Source: Candidatus Eiseniibacteriota bacterium (GTDB lineage: Bacteria; Eisenbacteria; RBG-16-71-46; JABDJR01). Taken from it: DNA of 64,000 nucleotides. The stretch lies in contig CAVXKA010000002.1 in NCBI GenBank assembly GCA_963762255.1, positions 1,184,001 through 1,248,000 on the forward strand, written 5' to 3'. The notes below the pieces were generated by a model. It saw only the letters and a list, made by a program, of their open reading frames with translations. It had not been told where the DNA came from and did not search any database. Both the position numbers and the translations under genes were made by a program. Positions 39,988-49,414 of this stretch are shown here, piece after piece (within the stretch, counting starts at the first letter, position 1; each line of letters starts with the position of its first letter).

Positions 39988-40045
39988 CCGACCCTCCAGG
40001 GACTGTGGGCGCGACCGCCAACAGGGACCAGCACCTTGCCGGGCA

Positions 40046-42616
40046 CTACTTCATCAACGACATCCGGGTGGTCTTCACGACGTTGCCGGCCACCAGGCGG
40101 CAGAAATAGACGCCCGGGGTGACCCGGCGGCCTGATTCGTCCACGCCTTCCCAGCTCACGGAATGCGTGCCCTCAGCCTCCTGGCCCTCGACAAGGCGGC
40201 GGACATGGCGTCCGGCGATATCGAAGATATCAACCGTCACAGGACCGGCGGCGGCCAACCTGTAGGTGATCCTCGTGGCGGGGTTGAGCGGGTTCGGAGC
40301 GGCCTGCAGGAGCACCTGCTTGAGCATCGGTGCGGTGACCAACGCACTTTCGAACAGAAGGTACCTGCCGGTCTCGTCCTGAACGTCCACGCGATAGCGG
40401 TACTGGGCGCCCGGAACCGTTGTGTTGTCGATCGCCTTGTACGACATGCGTCCGTTGACGGCGATCTCGGCATCCACGGCCTCGTATTCACCGGCACCGC
40501 CTGCCTGCCGGCTCACCGCGAATACTTGCCGATCCGACACTTCCGAGAGCGACCACGACACGGCAATCCCGCCTTCCAGGGCGTAGACCTGGTAGGAGGC
40601 AAGCATCGTAGGAACCGGGCCACCGGGGGCGAGGGTCAGCCTTGCCACCGTGTCCACGCCGGAACTCGACACCGTGTTCTCACCCGAATCCCTCACCCCA
40701 ATCATGCCCGTCCAGGACGAACCGCCATCCAGGCTCGAGAACATGTCCAACATGTTCTCTGCGATCCCATTCAGTTCGGACTCGTCGTAGTGGAAGACCA
40801 TCGCGGCATCGAGGCCGGTGTTGTTGGCCGGCGTGACGTCGAAGTACCGCGTGATGGAGGACATGCCGTCGACCGACAACGCGGTGCCGGTCGTGCGAAC
40901 GACCTCGGTGGCTCCCGGAGCGCCGCCGGCGGCATTAAGCTCGAACCCGATGTTCCCGAACGCCTCATCCACCCCCTGGGCAACCGTGCGCGTCGCCTTC
41001 ACCGTTCCCAGGACCGACAGACCGGCCTCCTCGTCCAGGGTCGCCGTCGGCGCCAGGGTTACCGCGTAGGCCCCTGTCGTAAGGGCGCTACCGGAGATCT
41101 CACAGGCGCCGTTGACCGTTACGTCCGCCCCCAGCGTCACCCCCTGCGTCCCTGTGACCGTCAGATCGGCCAGGACTCCGGAGGCGGTTGGCAGCTCCGG
41201 ACCCGTCGTCACCGAGGCCGCCGTGCTCGTGTAGCGAACGTCGACCATCCCCGCGAATGCCGGGACCGTGGTCAACGCCCCCGTCGCCCGGGTCACCGTC
41301 ACCCCGTCGGCCAGGGTCAACGCCACGTCCGGATCGCTGCTGTCGATCCCTCCGCTGGTCAGCCGCAACGAGGTCCCCACCGTCAGCGTCCGCGCCGCAT
41401 CCGACGAGATCACCAGGTTCGCGCTGTTGTTCGTCTCCAGCTCCCCGGCCACCACCCGGTTGCCGCCCAGGGCCCAGAGCTTGTTGACCCCGGATGCATA
41501 GCTGAGCTCGAGATTGAAGTAGTCCATGTCGACCACGGTCTGATCGCTGCTGTTGCGGCTGTATCGAAACGTCCCCTGGTTCACGGCCATGGCCGGATAG
41601 ACGGGCACGGAGCTGTTCGCATCGACGGTCCCACCCGTCAAGAGAGCGATCTGGGTGGGGGTCGTCGGGTTGGCGTACCAGAAGTTGGTGGTTAGCGAAT
41701 TGACGAGGGTGCCCCCGTCCTTCACGGTCACCGTCCCGGGATTGAAGCAGGCGGCGCCCATGTTCCCGCCCACCGAGTAGTACGGGATCCTGAGCGTTCC
41801 GCCGTCCTCAACGTCGACGTTGGTGAAGTTGACGCGGTTGGTGGTCGAGCAGGCCAGGCGAGCCTCGCCATAGACCGTCAACTTGCCGAGCTTTGCGGTC
41901 TCGTCGCCCGTGAAGTTGCCGCGACGGATGTGGGAGGTCGAGCCCAGCATGTCGAAGACGCCGTTCGTCTGGACGACGATGGTCGGCGTGGTCGCGGTAC
42001 CCGCGGTGTTACGGCCCTCGATGTCGTCGCTCCGGCCCATTTCGAACGTGCCGTTCACGATCTCCAGGCTCGTCCCGATGCCGAGCTTGTAGTTCGGCTC
42101 GGTTCCGGAGACGGGGTTGGTCGTGAACTTCCCAGCGGACTTGTCGATGACGATCTCCTGGAGACGGAACGGGTAGGGGGTAGAGCTCGTGGTGCCGAGA
42201 TTGCTGATCGTCTGCACAGCGGCATCCCCGGTGAACACCAGCTTCGCCCCGGCCTGCCACAGGTTGCTCCCGGAGTAGAACGGGTTCACCGAGGTGTCGA
42301 AGCGGTTGAAGTTGCCGTAGATGTACAGGCTGACTTGCAGGCCCAGGCGTCCCGCGGCATCGGAGAAGGAGAGATCCCGGCAGCGGGCGACCGCGTCCAC
42401 GGTAACGGTGTGCCCGATGCCGATGACGACGTCGTCCGTCGAGTCTGGAACCACGCCGCCCGTCCAGGTCCCTGGATCGCTCCAGTTGCCGCTGGCCGCG
42501 GATTGAATGGTGGACATCGGTGCAGCGTCTGCGACCGAGTCGATCCGCGCTGCGGCACCATACAGAACAACGAACGCCACCACCATGAGGATGATGGGCC
42601 AACGTACGTCTCTCAT
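40046..42616 (-). CDS. Exported paralogue B: G8/beta-helix core + Ig + FlgD-Ig tail
   Basis: Start MRDVRW with RBS GGAGG; signal peptide; core strongly similar to A and D (FDTSVNPFYSGSNLW, DDIEGR, SHIRRG). Confidence 0.85.
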   Translation of the reverse strand: MRDVRWPIILMVVAFVVLYGAAARIDSVADAAPMSTIQSAASGNWSDPGTWTGGVVPDSTDDVVIGIGHTVTVDAVARCRDLSFSDAAGRLGLQVSLYIYGNFNRFDTSVNPFYSGSNLWQAGAKLVFTGDAAVQTISNLGTTSSTPYPFRLQEIVIDKSAGKFTTNPVSGTEPNYKLGIGTSLEIVNGTFEMGRSDDIEGRNTAGTATTPTIVVQTNGVFDMLGSTSHIRRGNFTGDETAKLGKLTVYGEARLACSTTNRVNFTNVDVEDGGTLRIPYYSVGGNMGAACFNPGTVTVKDGGTLVNSLTTNFWYANPTTPTQIALLTGGTVDANSSVPVYPAMAVNQGTFRYSRNSSDQTVVDMDYFNLELSYASGVNKLWALGGNRVVAGELETNNSANLVISSDAARTLTVGTSLRLTSGGIDSSDPDVALTLADGVTVTRATGALTTVPAFAGMVDVRYTSTAASVTTGPELPTASGVLADLTVTGTQGVTLGADVTVNGACEISGSALTTGAYAVTLAPTATLDEEAGLSVLGTVKATRTVAQGVDEAFGNIGFELNAAGGAPGATEVVRTTGTALSVDGMSSITRYFDVTPANNTGLDAAMVFHYDESELNGIAENMLDMFSSLDGGSSWTGMIGVRDSGENTVSSSGVDTVARLTLAPGGPVPTMLASYQVYALEGGIAVSWSLSEVSDRQVFAVSRQAGGAGEYEAVDAEIAVNGRMSYKAIDNTTVPGAQYRYRVDVQDETGRYLLFESALVTAPMLKQVLLQAAPNPLNPATRITYRLAAAGPVTVDIFDIAGRHVRRLVEGQEAEGTHSVSWEGVDESGRRVTPGVYFCRLVAGNVVKTTRMSLMK

Positions 42617-42677
42617 CGTCGCCTCCCTGGGCTGTTGTTCGTGACCGCACCTTCGGGTCACAAGCGGTGTCGAAAAC

Positions 42678-45600
42678 CTACTTCAAGAGCGACATCTTGG
42701 CGGTCCGGACGACGTTGCCGGCGACCAGACGACAGAAATAGACACCCGGGGTGACCCGTTGCCCCGCGTCGTTGACGCCGGTCCAGGTCACCGCGTGTTG
42801 GGCCGCGCCGAGGACCCTGTCCTCAAGCGTGCGCACCTTGCGTCCGGTCACGTCGAACACCTCGACCGTGACCGGCATTGTTCCACTCAGCTCGAAGGTG
42901 ATCGTCGTGGACGGACTGAACGGGTTCGGATAGGCCCCCATGAGCCGCGTGATCCGCGGAAGCTCCGCCGGTTCCACTCCCACCACCGTCGCCGGGCCAA
43001 GGGTGAGGGTCTCGAGAGCGTCGATCCCCGAGACGGTGACCGCATTGCCGGACACGTCGACCGTCCCGCCGAGGTTCTCCTGGGCAATGCCCCCGCGGGT
43101 GATCGCGTACATCGCAAGCGCCACCTCGTCGATCCCGTTCAACTCCGACTCGTCGTAGTGGAATACCGCGGTGGCGCCGAGACCGGTGTTGACCGACGGG
43201 ACGACGTCAAAGTACCGCTCCATCCCCTCCGACCCCGCCAACGGCTTCGCCGTACCCGTCACCCGCAGCACCGTGGTCGTCCCCGGAGCCGCTCCCGCCG
43301 CGGTCATCTCCAACCCCAATCCTCCGAACGCCTCCGGCACCGACTGCCCCACCGTCCGCGTCGTCGTCGCCCTCCCCACGATCGTCGTCCCCGCCGACTC
43401 CACCAGAGTCGCGCTCGGACCCAGCGTCACGGTGTAGGCCCCGGTCACCAGGTCGCTCCCGGTGAGGCTGCACGTCCCGTTCACCGTCACCCCCGCCCCC
43501 AGCGTCACCCCCAGCGTTCCCAATACCGTCAGGTCCCGCAGCACGCCGGACCCCAGCGGCAACTCCGGACCCGTCGTCACCGAGGCCACCGTGCTCGTGT
43601 ACCGAACGTCCGCCACCCCCGCGAACGCCGGCGCCGTGCTCAGCGTCCCCGTCGCCCGGGTCACCGTCGCCCCGTCGGCCACGGTCAGCGCCACGTCGGC
43701 GTCGCTGTTGTCGATCGCCCCGCTCGTCAGCCGCAACGACGTCCCCACCGTCAGCGTCCGCGCCGCATCCGACGTCACCACCAGGTTCGCGCTGTTGTTC
43801 ACCTCCAGCTCACCGGACACCACGCGGCTCCCGCCCAACGCCCAGCGCTTGCTGGCGCCCGGGTCAAGACTGATCTCGAGGTCGCGGTAGTTCATGTCGA
43901 CCACGGTCTGGTCCGTCCCCGCGTCGCGCGAATAGCGGACCTTGCCGTTGTTGACGAAGGAGACCGGGAAGATCGTCGTCGCCGTCTTGCTTTCGAAGAG
44001 CCCGCCGCTGTTGAGCTGGAGGACCGCGGTCGCCGCCCAGGGATCGGCCGTCGTGTAGTTCGTCAGCGCCGCCCCGCTCTTGACCACCACGGTGCCGCAG
44101 TTGAACTGACCATCGCCCATGCCGACGCTGACTACCAGACTTCCTCCCGACTCGACGTCCATCCCGCTGAAGTTGATACCGTAGGTGCTTCCGTCCCGGA
44201 ACTGTGCTTCGCCGTACACGGTGAACTTGCCGATGGCCACGCCGACGCCGCTGCGGATGTGATGCGCCCCCGCGCCATCCACCATGGTCAAGATGCCGCC
44301 GGCCTCGATGGTCACGGTCGGCAACGCGGCGTTGGTGAAGGTCCCGCTCGACGCCCAGCGGCCTTCGATGTCGTCGCCTTCCTCCAGTTCGAGAGTGCCG
44401 TTCACGATCCGGAGGCTGTTCTGGATGCCCAACCGCATCTCGGTGCCGTCGGTTACGACCTTGCCGCCGCTCTTGTCGATGATGACGTCTCGCAGCGAGG
44501 TCGACCCGCCGGAGGTGTTCCATCCGGAAAGCGTCTGAACCGCGGCGCCCGCGAACTTGAGGTAGGCGTTGGTGGACGACCAGCCCGCGGAGAACGCGAC
44601 ATGGCTCGTACTCGCCAGCGTCATGTCCCCGAAGATCGTCAGCGTGCTGTTCGAGTTCATGTCGATGAGCGCATCGTTCGCCGCGAACGACAGGTTCATG
44701 CAGACGGCATTGTTGTTGTCGATGCTGACGGTGTGCCCGGACTGGATCTGGACGTGGTCGGTCGTATCGGGAACGACCCCGCCGACCCACGTCGAGCCGG
44801 TCGTCCAGGATCCGGACCGGGCGGAGACGAACGTGCTGCGAGTCGGCGCACCTTCCATGTGGATGTAGTAGCGCGGGGAATAGTCCGTCAGTTCGGAATA
44901 CGAGTAGGACTGGTAGCCCACACGCCATCCGGTGCTCGACCCCGCGGACTCGACGACGAGGACTTCGCCGCCGGGGAGGGTCCCGATGGCCATGCGGACA
45001 TGACCGTGCTTGTGCACGGCGTCCCCCACCTGCAGGTCATCCCAGGAGGTATAGGGAAGCGTGATGGGGCCGTACGCGGGATCGTCCATCATGTACGTGC
45101 TGTAGTCGATCGTCGTCTTCCAGCACCGGCAGACGAAACCGGAGCAATCGACGCCGCGGGCGTAGCTGCTGGAGCCGTCGGTGTGGATGTCCCCGGCGTA
45201 CTGGCCGGCCGCGATGCCGGCGTCGAACACGGCAAGGATGTCGGTTCCGCCCCACTTGTAGGGCACCTGCTGGTTGTAGCCGATCTGGATCCAGTCGGGG
45301 GTGAGCACGGAGTCCCCGTCCGCGGCCCGGACGACGCCGTTCGAGATGTTCTGCGCGGAACAGGTCCACACATGGTCGACGTAGGTGTCGCCGATGGAAT
45401 CCGCCTCGCTGCGCGTCACCAGTTGGAGCATGTCGGCGGGGGCGAATCCGGGCTCCTGGCATTCGGGCGTCTCGATGAAGTTGTAGTGGACGGGCGTGTC
45501 ATACGACGAGGGGTACGTTCCGTGAAAGGACACGCCCGGCTCGGGGATGTCCCACCTGAAGATATGGATGCCGTCTTCTGAGGAGATCATGTGGTAGAGG

Positions 45601-46337
45601 TCGCCGTCCGCCGCCAGCTCCATGTCGCGAAACACCAGGGAGTAGTAGTGAATGGGAATGGCGATCCTGCCCTGGATGTCGCCGCTCTCGCTGACAACCC
45701 AGATCTCCCTCCGCACGCGCAAGGGCGCGACCTGCTCGACGAGATCCACGTCGAGGAACAGACGACGGCGGGCGTCTGCGCCGATGACGCCGATGCAACC
45801 GAGATTGCCGGTCGGCACCGGCAGAGCCATCCGCGCCGACTCCTCGCCCGACCCATCGCGGACGACCACCTCAGCCAAGCGAGGAGATCGCTTCCATGCC
45901 TCGTAGGTCAGGTCCCCCGTCTTCGCCGCCATTGCCGCCCCCGCGGTCACCGGTCCCACGAGAGTGCCTTCTTGAAACTGCAGGAGCTGGTTGCCGGCCA
46001 GGCAGATGTACTCGGCTCCCGATCGCACAACGAAATCCCGGCCGGAAGACGGAGCTGGGAGGGACCGGCTCAGGGAGCTGTTCTGGTAGACCTTGATTGC
46101 ATGGTTAAGAGGGTCCAGCACAAAGATCGACTGGTCGTTCGCGTCGACGCGAAAGCTCTGCGGCCCATAGCGACAGTCCGGCTGGAGCTCATATCGCACC
46201 TGGGTGTCCGGATCTTCCCCCGCGGGTATGCGGAGCACCTCGGTCGGAGAGAGCCGTTGAGACGCCATCGATACGCCTGGAAGCAATAGCAGCAGCAGGG
46301 ACGACATCGCCGACAGGGTGCACTTCATGAGGAACAT
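42678..46337 (-). CDS. Exported paralogue C: N-terminal propeller-like region + NlpC/P60 domain + diverged G8/beta-helix core + FlgD-Ig tail
   Basis: Signal peptide; PYKWGG...GVDCSGFV...DLQVGD...GHV (NlpC/P60 Cys-His); core keeps DDIEGR and HIR.G. Confidence 0.87.
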   Translation of the reverse strand: MFLMKCTLSAMSSLLLLLLPGVSMASQRLSPTEVLRIPAGEDPDTQVRYELQPDCRYGPQSFRVDANDQSIFVLDPLNHAIKVYQNSSLSRSLPAPSSGRDFVVRSGAEYICLAGNQLLQFQEGTLVGPVTAGAAMAAKTGDLTYEAWKRSPRLAEVVVRDGSGEESARMALPVPTGNLGCIGVIGADARRRLFLDVDLVEQVAPLRVRREIWVVSESGDIQGRIAIPIHYYSLVFRDMELAADGDLYHMISSEDGIHIFRWDIPEPGVSFHGTYPSSYDTPVHYNFIETPECQEPGFAPADMLQLVTRSEADSIGDTYVDHVWTCSAQNISNGVVRAADGDSVLTPDWIQIGYNQQVPYKWGGTDILAVFDAGIAAGQYAGDIHTDGSSSYARGVDCSGFVCRCWKTTIDYSTYMMDDPAYGPITLPYTSWDDLQVGDAVHKHGHVRMAIGTLPGGEVLVVESAGSSTGWRVGYQSYSYSELTDYSPRYYIHMEGAPTRSTFVSARSGSWTTGSTWVGGVVPDTTDHVQIQSGHTVSIDNNNAVCMNLSFAANDALIDMNSNSTLTIFGDMTLASTSHVAFSAGWSSTNAYLKFAGAAVQTLSGWNTSGGSTSLRDVIIDKSGGKVVTDGTEMRLGIQNSLRIVNGTLELEEGDDIEGRWASSGTFTNAALPTVTIEAGGILTMVDGAGAHHIRSGVGVAIGKFTVYGEAQFRDGSTYGINFSGMDVESGGSLVVSVGMGDGQFNCGTVVVKSGAALTNYTTADPWAATAVLQLNSGGLFESKTATTIFPVSFVNNGKVRYSRDAGTDQTVVDMNYRDLEISLDPGASKRWALGGSRVVSGELEVNNSANLVVTSDAARTLTVGTSLRLTSGAIDNSDADVALTVADGATVTRATGTLSTAPAFAGVADVRYTSTVASVTTGPELPLGSGVLRDLTVLGTLGVTLGAGVTVNGTCSLTGSDLVTGAYTVTLGPSATLVESAGTTIVGRATTTRTVGQSVPEAFGGLGLEMTAAGAAPGTTTVLRVTGTAKPLAGSEGMERYFDVVPSVNTGLGATAVFHYDESELNGIDEVALAMYAITRGGIAQENLGGTVDVSGNAVTVSGIDALETLTLGPATVVGVEPAELPRITRLMGAYPNPFSPSTTITFELSGTMPVTVEVFDVTGRKVRTLEDRVLGAAQHAVTWTGVNDAGQRVTPGVYFCRLVAGNVVRTAKMSLLK
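42984..43816. repeat. ~833-bp near-identical direct repeat, copy 2 (inside paralogue C)
   Basis: Matches 37066-37898. Confidence 0.92.
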
Positions 46338-46356
46338 GCGCTGGTGTTCTTTCCAT

Positions 46357-46489
46357 CACCCTTGGCAGTCCGTCCCCTCCTCCAACGGGGAGGGGACGGC
46401 CCAGGGTGGGTGCCGGGGCGCCGAAACCGGCGCCCGTGTTCCTGCTGCATCTCGCCGAGGCCCGGCCGGCAGGGCCGACCGGCCTCGGC
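46357..46489. other. Three consecutive GC-rich hairpins in the paralogue D-C intergenic region
   Basis: CCGTCCCCTCC/GGAGGGGACGG (46370-46399), GGGCGCCG/CGGCGCCC (46416-46435), GCCGAGGCC/GGCCTCGGC (46454-46489). Confidence 0.6.
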
Positions 46490-46496
46490 CGGGTCT

Positions 46497-49040
46497 CTAT
46501 CTCAGTACGGAGAGCCTGCTGGTCTGGACGACCTTGCCGGCGATGAGGCGGCAGAAGTACACGCCCGTCGCCACACGTTGCCCGCCGTCATCCACCCCGC
46601 TCCATCTCACCTCGTGGCGGGTCGCCCCCATCATCCCGTCCTGCAACGTGCGCACCTTCCGCCCTGCCACGTCGTATACCACGATCGTTACCCGCTCCGG
46701 CTGGCTCAACTCGAACGCGATCGTCGTCGCCGATCTCAACGGGTTCGGATACGCCGCGATCAACCGCGTCACCCGAGGTGTCACCTCCGGCCCCGCGTCC
46801 GTCAACGTCCCCGGACCCAGCGTCAGCGTCTCCAACCGACCGATCCCCGACACCGTCACCGTGTTCCCAGACACGTCCCCCGTCCCGCCCAGGGTATGCC
46901 ACTCCAGCCCGCCGTTCTCGATCGAGTACAGCGTCAGCGCCGCCTCGTCGATCCCGTTCACCTCCGACTCGTCGTAGTGGAACACCGCGGTGGCGTTGAG
47001 ACCGGTGTTGACAGTCGGGGCGATGTCGAAGTATCGCTCGATCCCCTCCGACCCCGCGAGTCGTCTTGCCGTACCGGTCACCCGAAGCACTGTCGTGGCT
47101 CCGGGCGCCGCACCCGCCGCGGTCAGATCCAGGCCGAGGCCGCCGAACGTCTGCGGCACGAACTGGCTGACCGTCCGCGTCGTTATCGCCCTCCCCAGGA
47201 TCGTCGTCCCCGCCGACTCCACGAGGGTCGCGCTCGGGCCGAGGGTGACCGTGTGGCTCCCGGTCTCGAGGTCGCTGCCCGAGATCGTGCAGGTGCCGTT
47301 GACCGTCACGCCCGCCCCCAGCGTCACCCCCAGCGTTCCGGACACCATCAGGTTCGACAGCACTCCCGATCCCGTCGGGAGCTCCGGACCCGTCGTGACC
47401 ACGCTCAACGTGCTGATGTAGTCCACGTCCACCGTGCCGGCGAAGACAGGCGCCGCGAGCAGGGCACCCGAGCCGCGGCGGATGATCGCCCCGCTGGCGA
47501 GGGTGAGGGTGAGGTTGTCGGCCGCTCCGTTGTCGTCGAGGTCGCCGTTGGACAGGGTCAGCTCGCCGTGGACGTGGGCATTGGCCCCGAGCGTGACCGT
47601 CTGCCCCGTCGACCAGATCTGGAGATCCCGCAGAATCCCGATCGCAGTCGGCAGCTCCGGACCCGTCGTGACCGACGCGACGGTGCTGAGATAGCGCGCG
47701 TCGACCACACCCTCGAACACAGGTGCGTTACTCAGCGTCCCCGTCGCGCGGTTCACCGTCACCCCGTTCGCCAGGGTCAGCGCCACCTCCGGATCGCTGT
47801 TGTTGATCCCTCCGCTGGTCAGCCGCAACGACGTGCCCACCGTCACCGACCGAGCCACATCCGAGGAGATCACCAGGTTCGCCGTGTTGTTCACCTCCAG
47901 CTCACCGGACACCACCCGGTTGGCGCCCAGGGTCCAATTCTTGTTGAATCCGGTCGTGAAGCTGAGCTCGAGGTCGTAGTAGTTCATGTCGTAGACGGTC
48001 TGATCGCTGGTATCGCGGCTGTACCGGAATCTCCCCTGATTCACCGAGACGCTCGGGTAGACTGGCGCGGTCGCGGTCGCATCGACGGTTCCTCCCGTCA
48101 GCACGGCAAGCTGGCTGGGGGTCGTCGCGTTGACGTACCAGATATCCGTGTTCAGCGAGTTGTTGAACTCACCGCCGTCCTTAACGGTCACGGTCCCGGG
48201 GTTGAGACGATTGGAGCCCATGCTCCCCCCCGCCGAGTAGTACACGATCCTGAGCTCCCCGCCGCTCTCGATATCGATGTCCGTGAAGTTGACCCGGTTG
48301 CTGCTCGTGCTGGCCAGCCGGGCTACTCCGTGGACCGTCAGCTTGCCGATCTTGGAGGTCTCCTCACCCGTGAAGTTGCCGCGTCGGATGTGGGAGGTCG
48401 AGCCCAACATGGTGAAGCTGCCGTTCGCTTGGACGGTGATGGTCGGCGTGGTCGCCGTGCCCGAGGTGTTGCGGCCCTCGATATCGTCGATCCGGCCTAG
48501 CTCGAAGGTGCCGTTGATGATCTCCAGGCTCGTTCCGATCCCGAGCTTGTAGTCCGCCTCGGTTCCGGCCGCATTGGTCGTGAGCTTCCCCGCCCACTTG
48601 TCGATGACGACTTCCTGGAGCCGAAGCGGATAGGGCGAGGTGCTGGTGGTGCCAAGGTTGCTGATCGTCTGCACCGCGGCGCCGCCCGCGAACACCATCT
48701 TCGCCCCGTCCAGCCACAGGTTGGTCCCGCCATAGAACGGGTTCACCGAAGTGTCGAAACGGGAGAGGTTCCCGTAGATGTACAGATTGGCCTGCAGGCC
48801 CAAGCGCCCCGCGGCATCGCCGAAGGAAAGATCCTGGCATCGGGCGGCCGCGTTCACGGTGACGGTGTCTCCGACGTCGATCACGACGTTGTCCGTCGAA
48901 TCGGGGACAATCCCCCCAACCCAGGTCGATCCGTTGGACCACAATCCATTGCCCGTCGACGTGATCTGCGCACCGGCGCTTATCGGGACCGATGCGATCA
49001 GCAGGGCCAAGGCCATCGAGGCAAGTCTCGCACTCGTCAT
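46497..49040 (-). CDS. Exported paralogue D: G8/beta-helix core with an internally duplicated rung module + FlgD-Ig tail
   Basis: Start MTSARL (49040) with signal peptide ...SAGA/Q; the VTTGPELPT unit occurs twice; tail similar to A. Confidence 0.85.
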   Translation of the reverse strand: MTSARLASMALALLIASVPISAGAQITSTGNGLWSNGSTWVGGIVPDSTDNVVIDVGDTVTVNAAARCQDLSFGDAAGRLGLQANLYIYGNLSRFDTSVNPFYGGTNLWLDGAKMVFAGGAAVQTISNLGTTSTSPYPLRLQEVVIDKWAGKLTTNAAGTEADYKLGIGTSLEIINGTFELGRIDDIEGRNTSGTATTPTITVQANGSFTMLGSTSHIRRGNFTGEETSKIGKLTVHGVARLASTSSNRVNFTDIDIESGGELRIVYYSAGGSMGSNRLNPGTVTVKDGGEFNNSLNTDIWYVNATTPSQLAVLTGGTVDATATAPVYPSVSVNQGRFRYSRDTSDQTVYDMNYYDLELSFTTGFNKNWTLGANRVVSGELEVNNTANLVISSDVARSVTVGTSLRLTSGGINNSDPEVALTLANGVTVNRATGTLSNAPVFEGVVDARYLSTVASVTTGPELPTAIGILRDLQIWSTGQTVTLGANAHVHGELTLSNGDLDDNGAADNLTLTLASGAIIRRGSGALLAAPVFAGTVDVDYISTLSVVTTGPELPTGSGVLSNLMVSGTLGVTLGAGVTVNGTCTISGSDLETGSHTVTLGPSATLVESAGTTILGRAITTRTVSQFVPQTFGGLGLDLTAAGAAPGATTVLRVTGTARRLAGSEGIERYFDIAPTVNTGLNATAVFHYDESEVNGIDEAALTLYSIENGGLEWHTLGGTGDVSGNTVTVSGIGRLETLTLGPGTLTDAGPEVTPRVTRLIAAYPNPLRSATTIAFELSQPERVTIVVYDVAGRKVRTLQDGMMGATRHEVRWSGVDDGGQRVATGVYFCRLIAGKVVQTSRLSVLR

Positions 49041-49216
49041 TGTCCACCCCCGCATGCTGTAGGTGCTCGTCGGATGCCCTGGAGACTGCGCCGCACCTTC
49101 GTGGGGCCTCGCAGATGACCCGAGCCGACTATCCCCAACCCACGCAAAGCGATCCCGGCGGGGTAGTCTCTCCCCGTCGCCGTGTCGCCCGGTAGGTTGC
49201 ACACTTTGTTGCCGTT

Positions 49217-49232
49217 TGCAAGGAGCGCGCCA
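49217..49232 (-). promoter_or_regulatory. sigma54 promoter upstream of the four-paralogue array
   Basis: Minus strand TGGCGC-GCTCC-TTGCA. Confidence 0.6.
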
Positions 49233-49414
49233 CTCGTAGATTGCAGTGCCATAATAACATACCCGAACGAGAATTTCAAGGTTGTTACGCTTTGACACAC
49301 TCCCATTGGGCGTCTTCCGCACACCGTCGCAGCCGAGCCGGGTGTTGAATCTGCGGGGGGAGCGCCCTACGATGCTTGTGAACAAGGGTTGGCTCGGGGG
49401 TGAAAGGAGGATCC

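Noticed and set aside
42759-45581. Long antisense ORFs over the paralogues (also 22465-24753, 26327-28978, 37933-39936, 46344-48500)
   Set aside because: No motifs; explained by codon bias of the sense gene.
36760-49040. Diversity-generating retroelement or invertase-driven shuffling as the cause of the repeats
   Set aside because: No reverse transcriptase or recombinase in the window; the repeats are direct, long and coding, with too few differences to show adenine-specific mutagenesis.
49120-49170. ACGCAAAGC resembling a c-di-GMP-I riboswitch
   Set aside because: Lacks the upstream GGCAAAC/GNRA P2 stem and is on the wrong strand for the paralogue leader.
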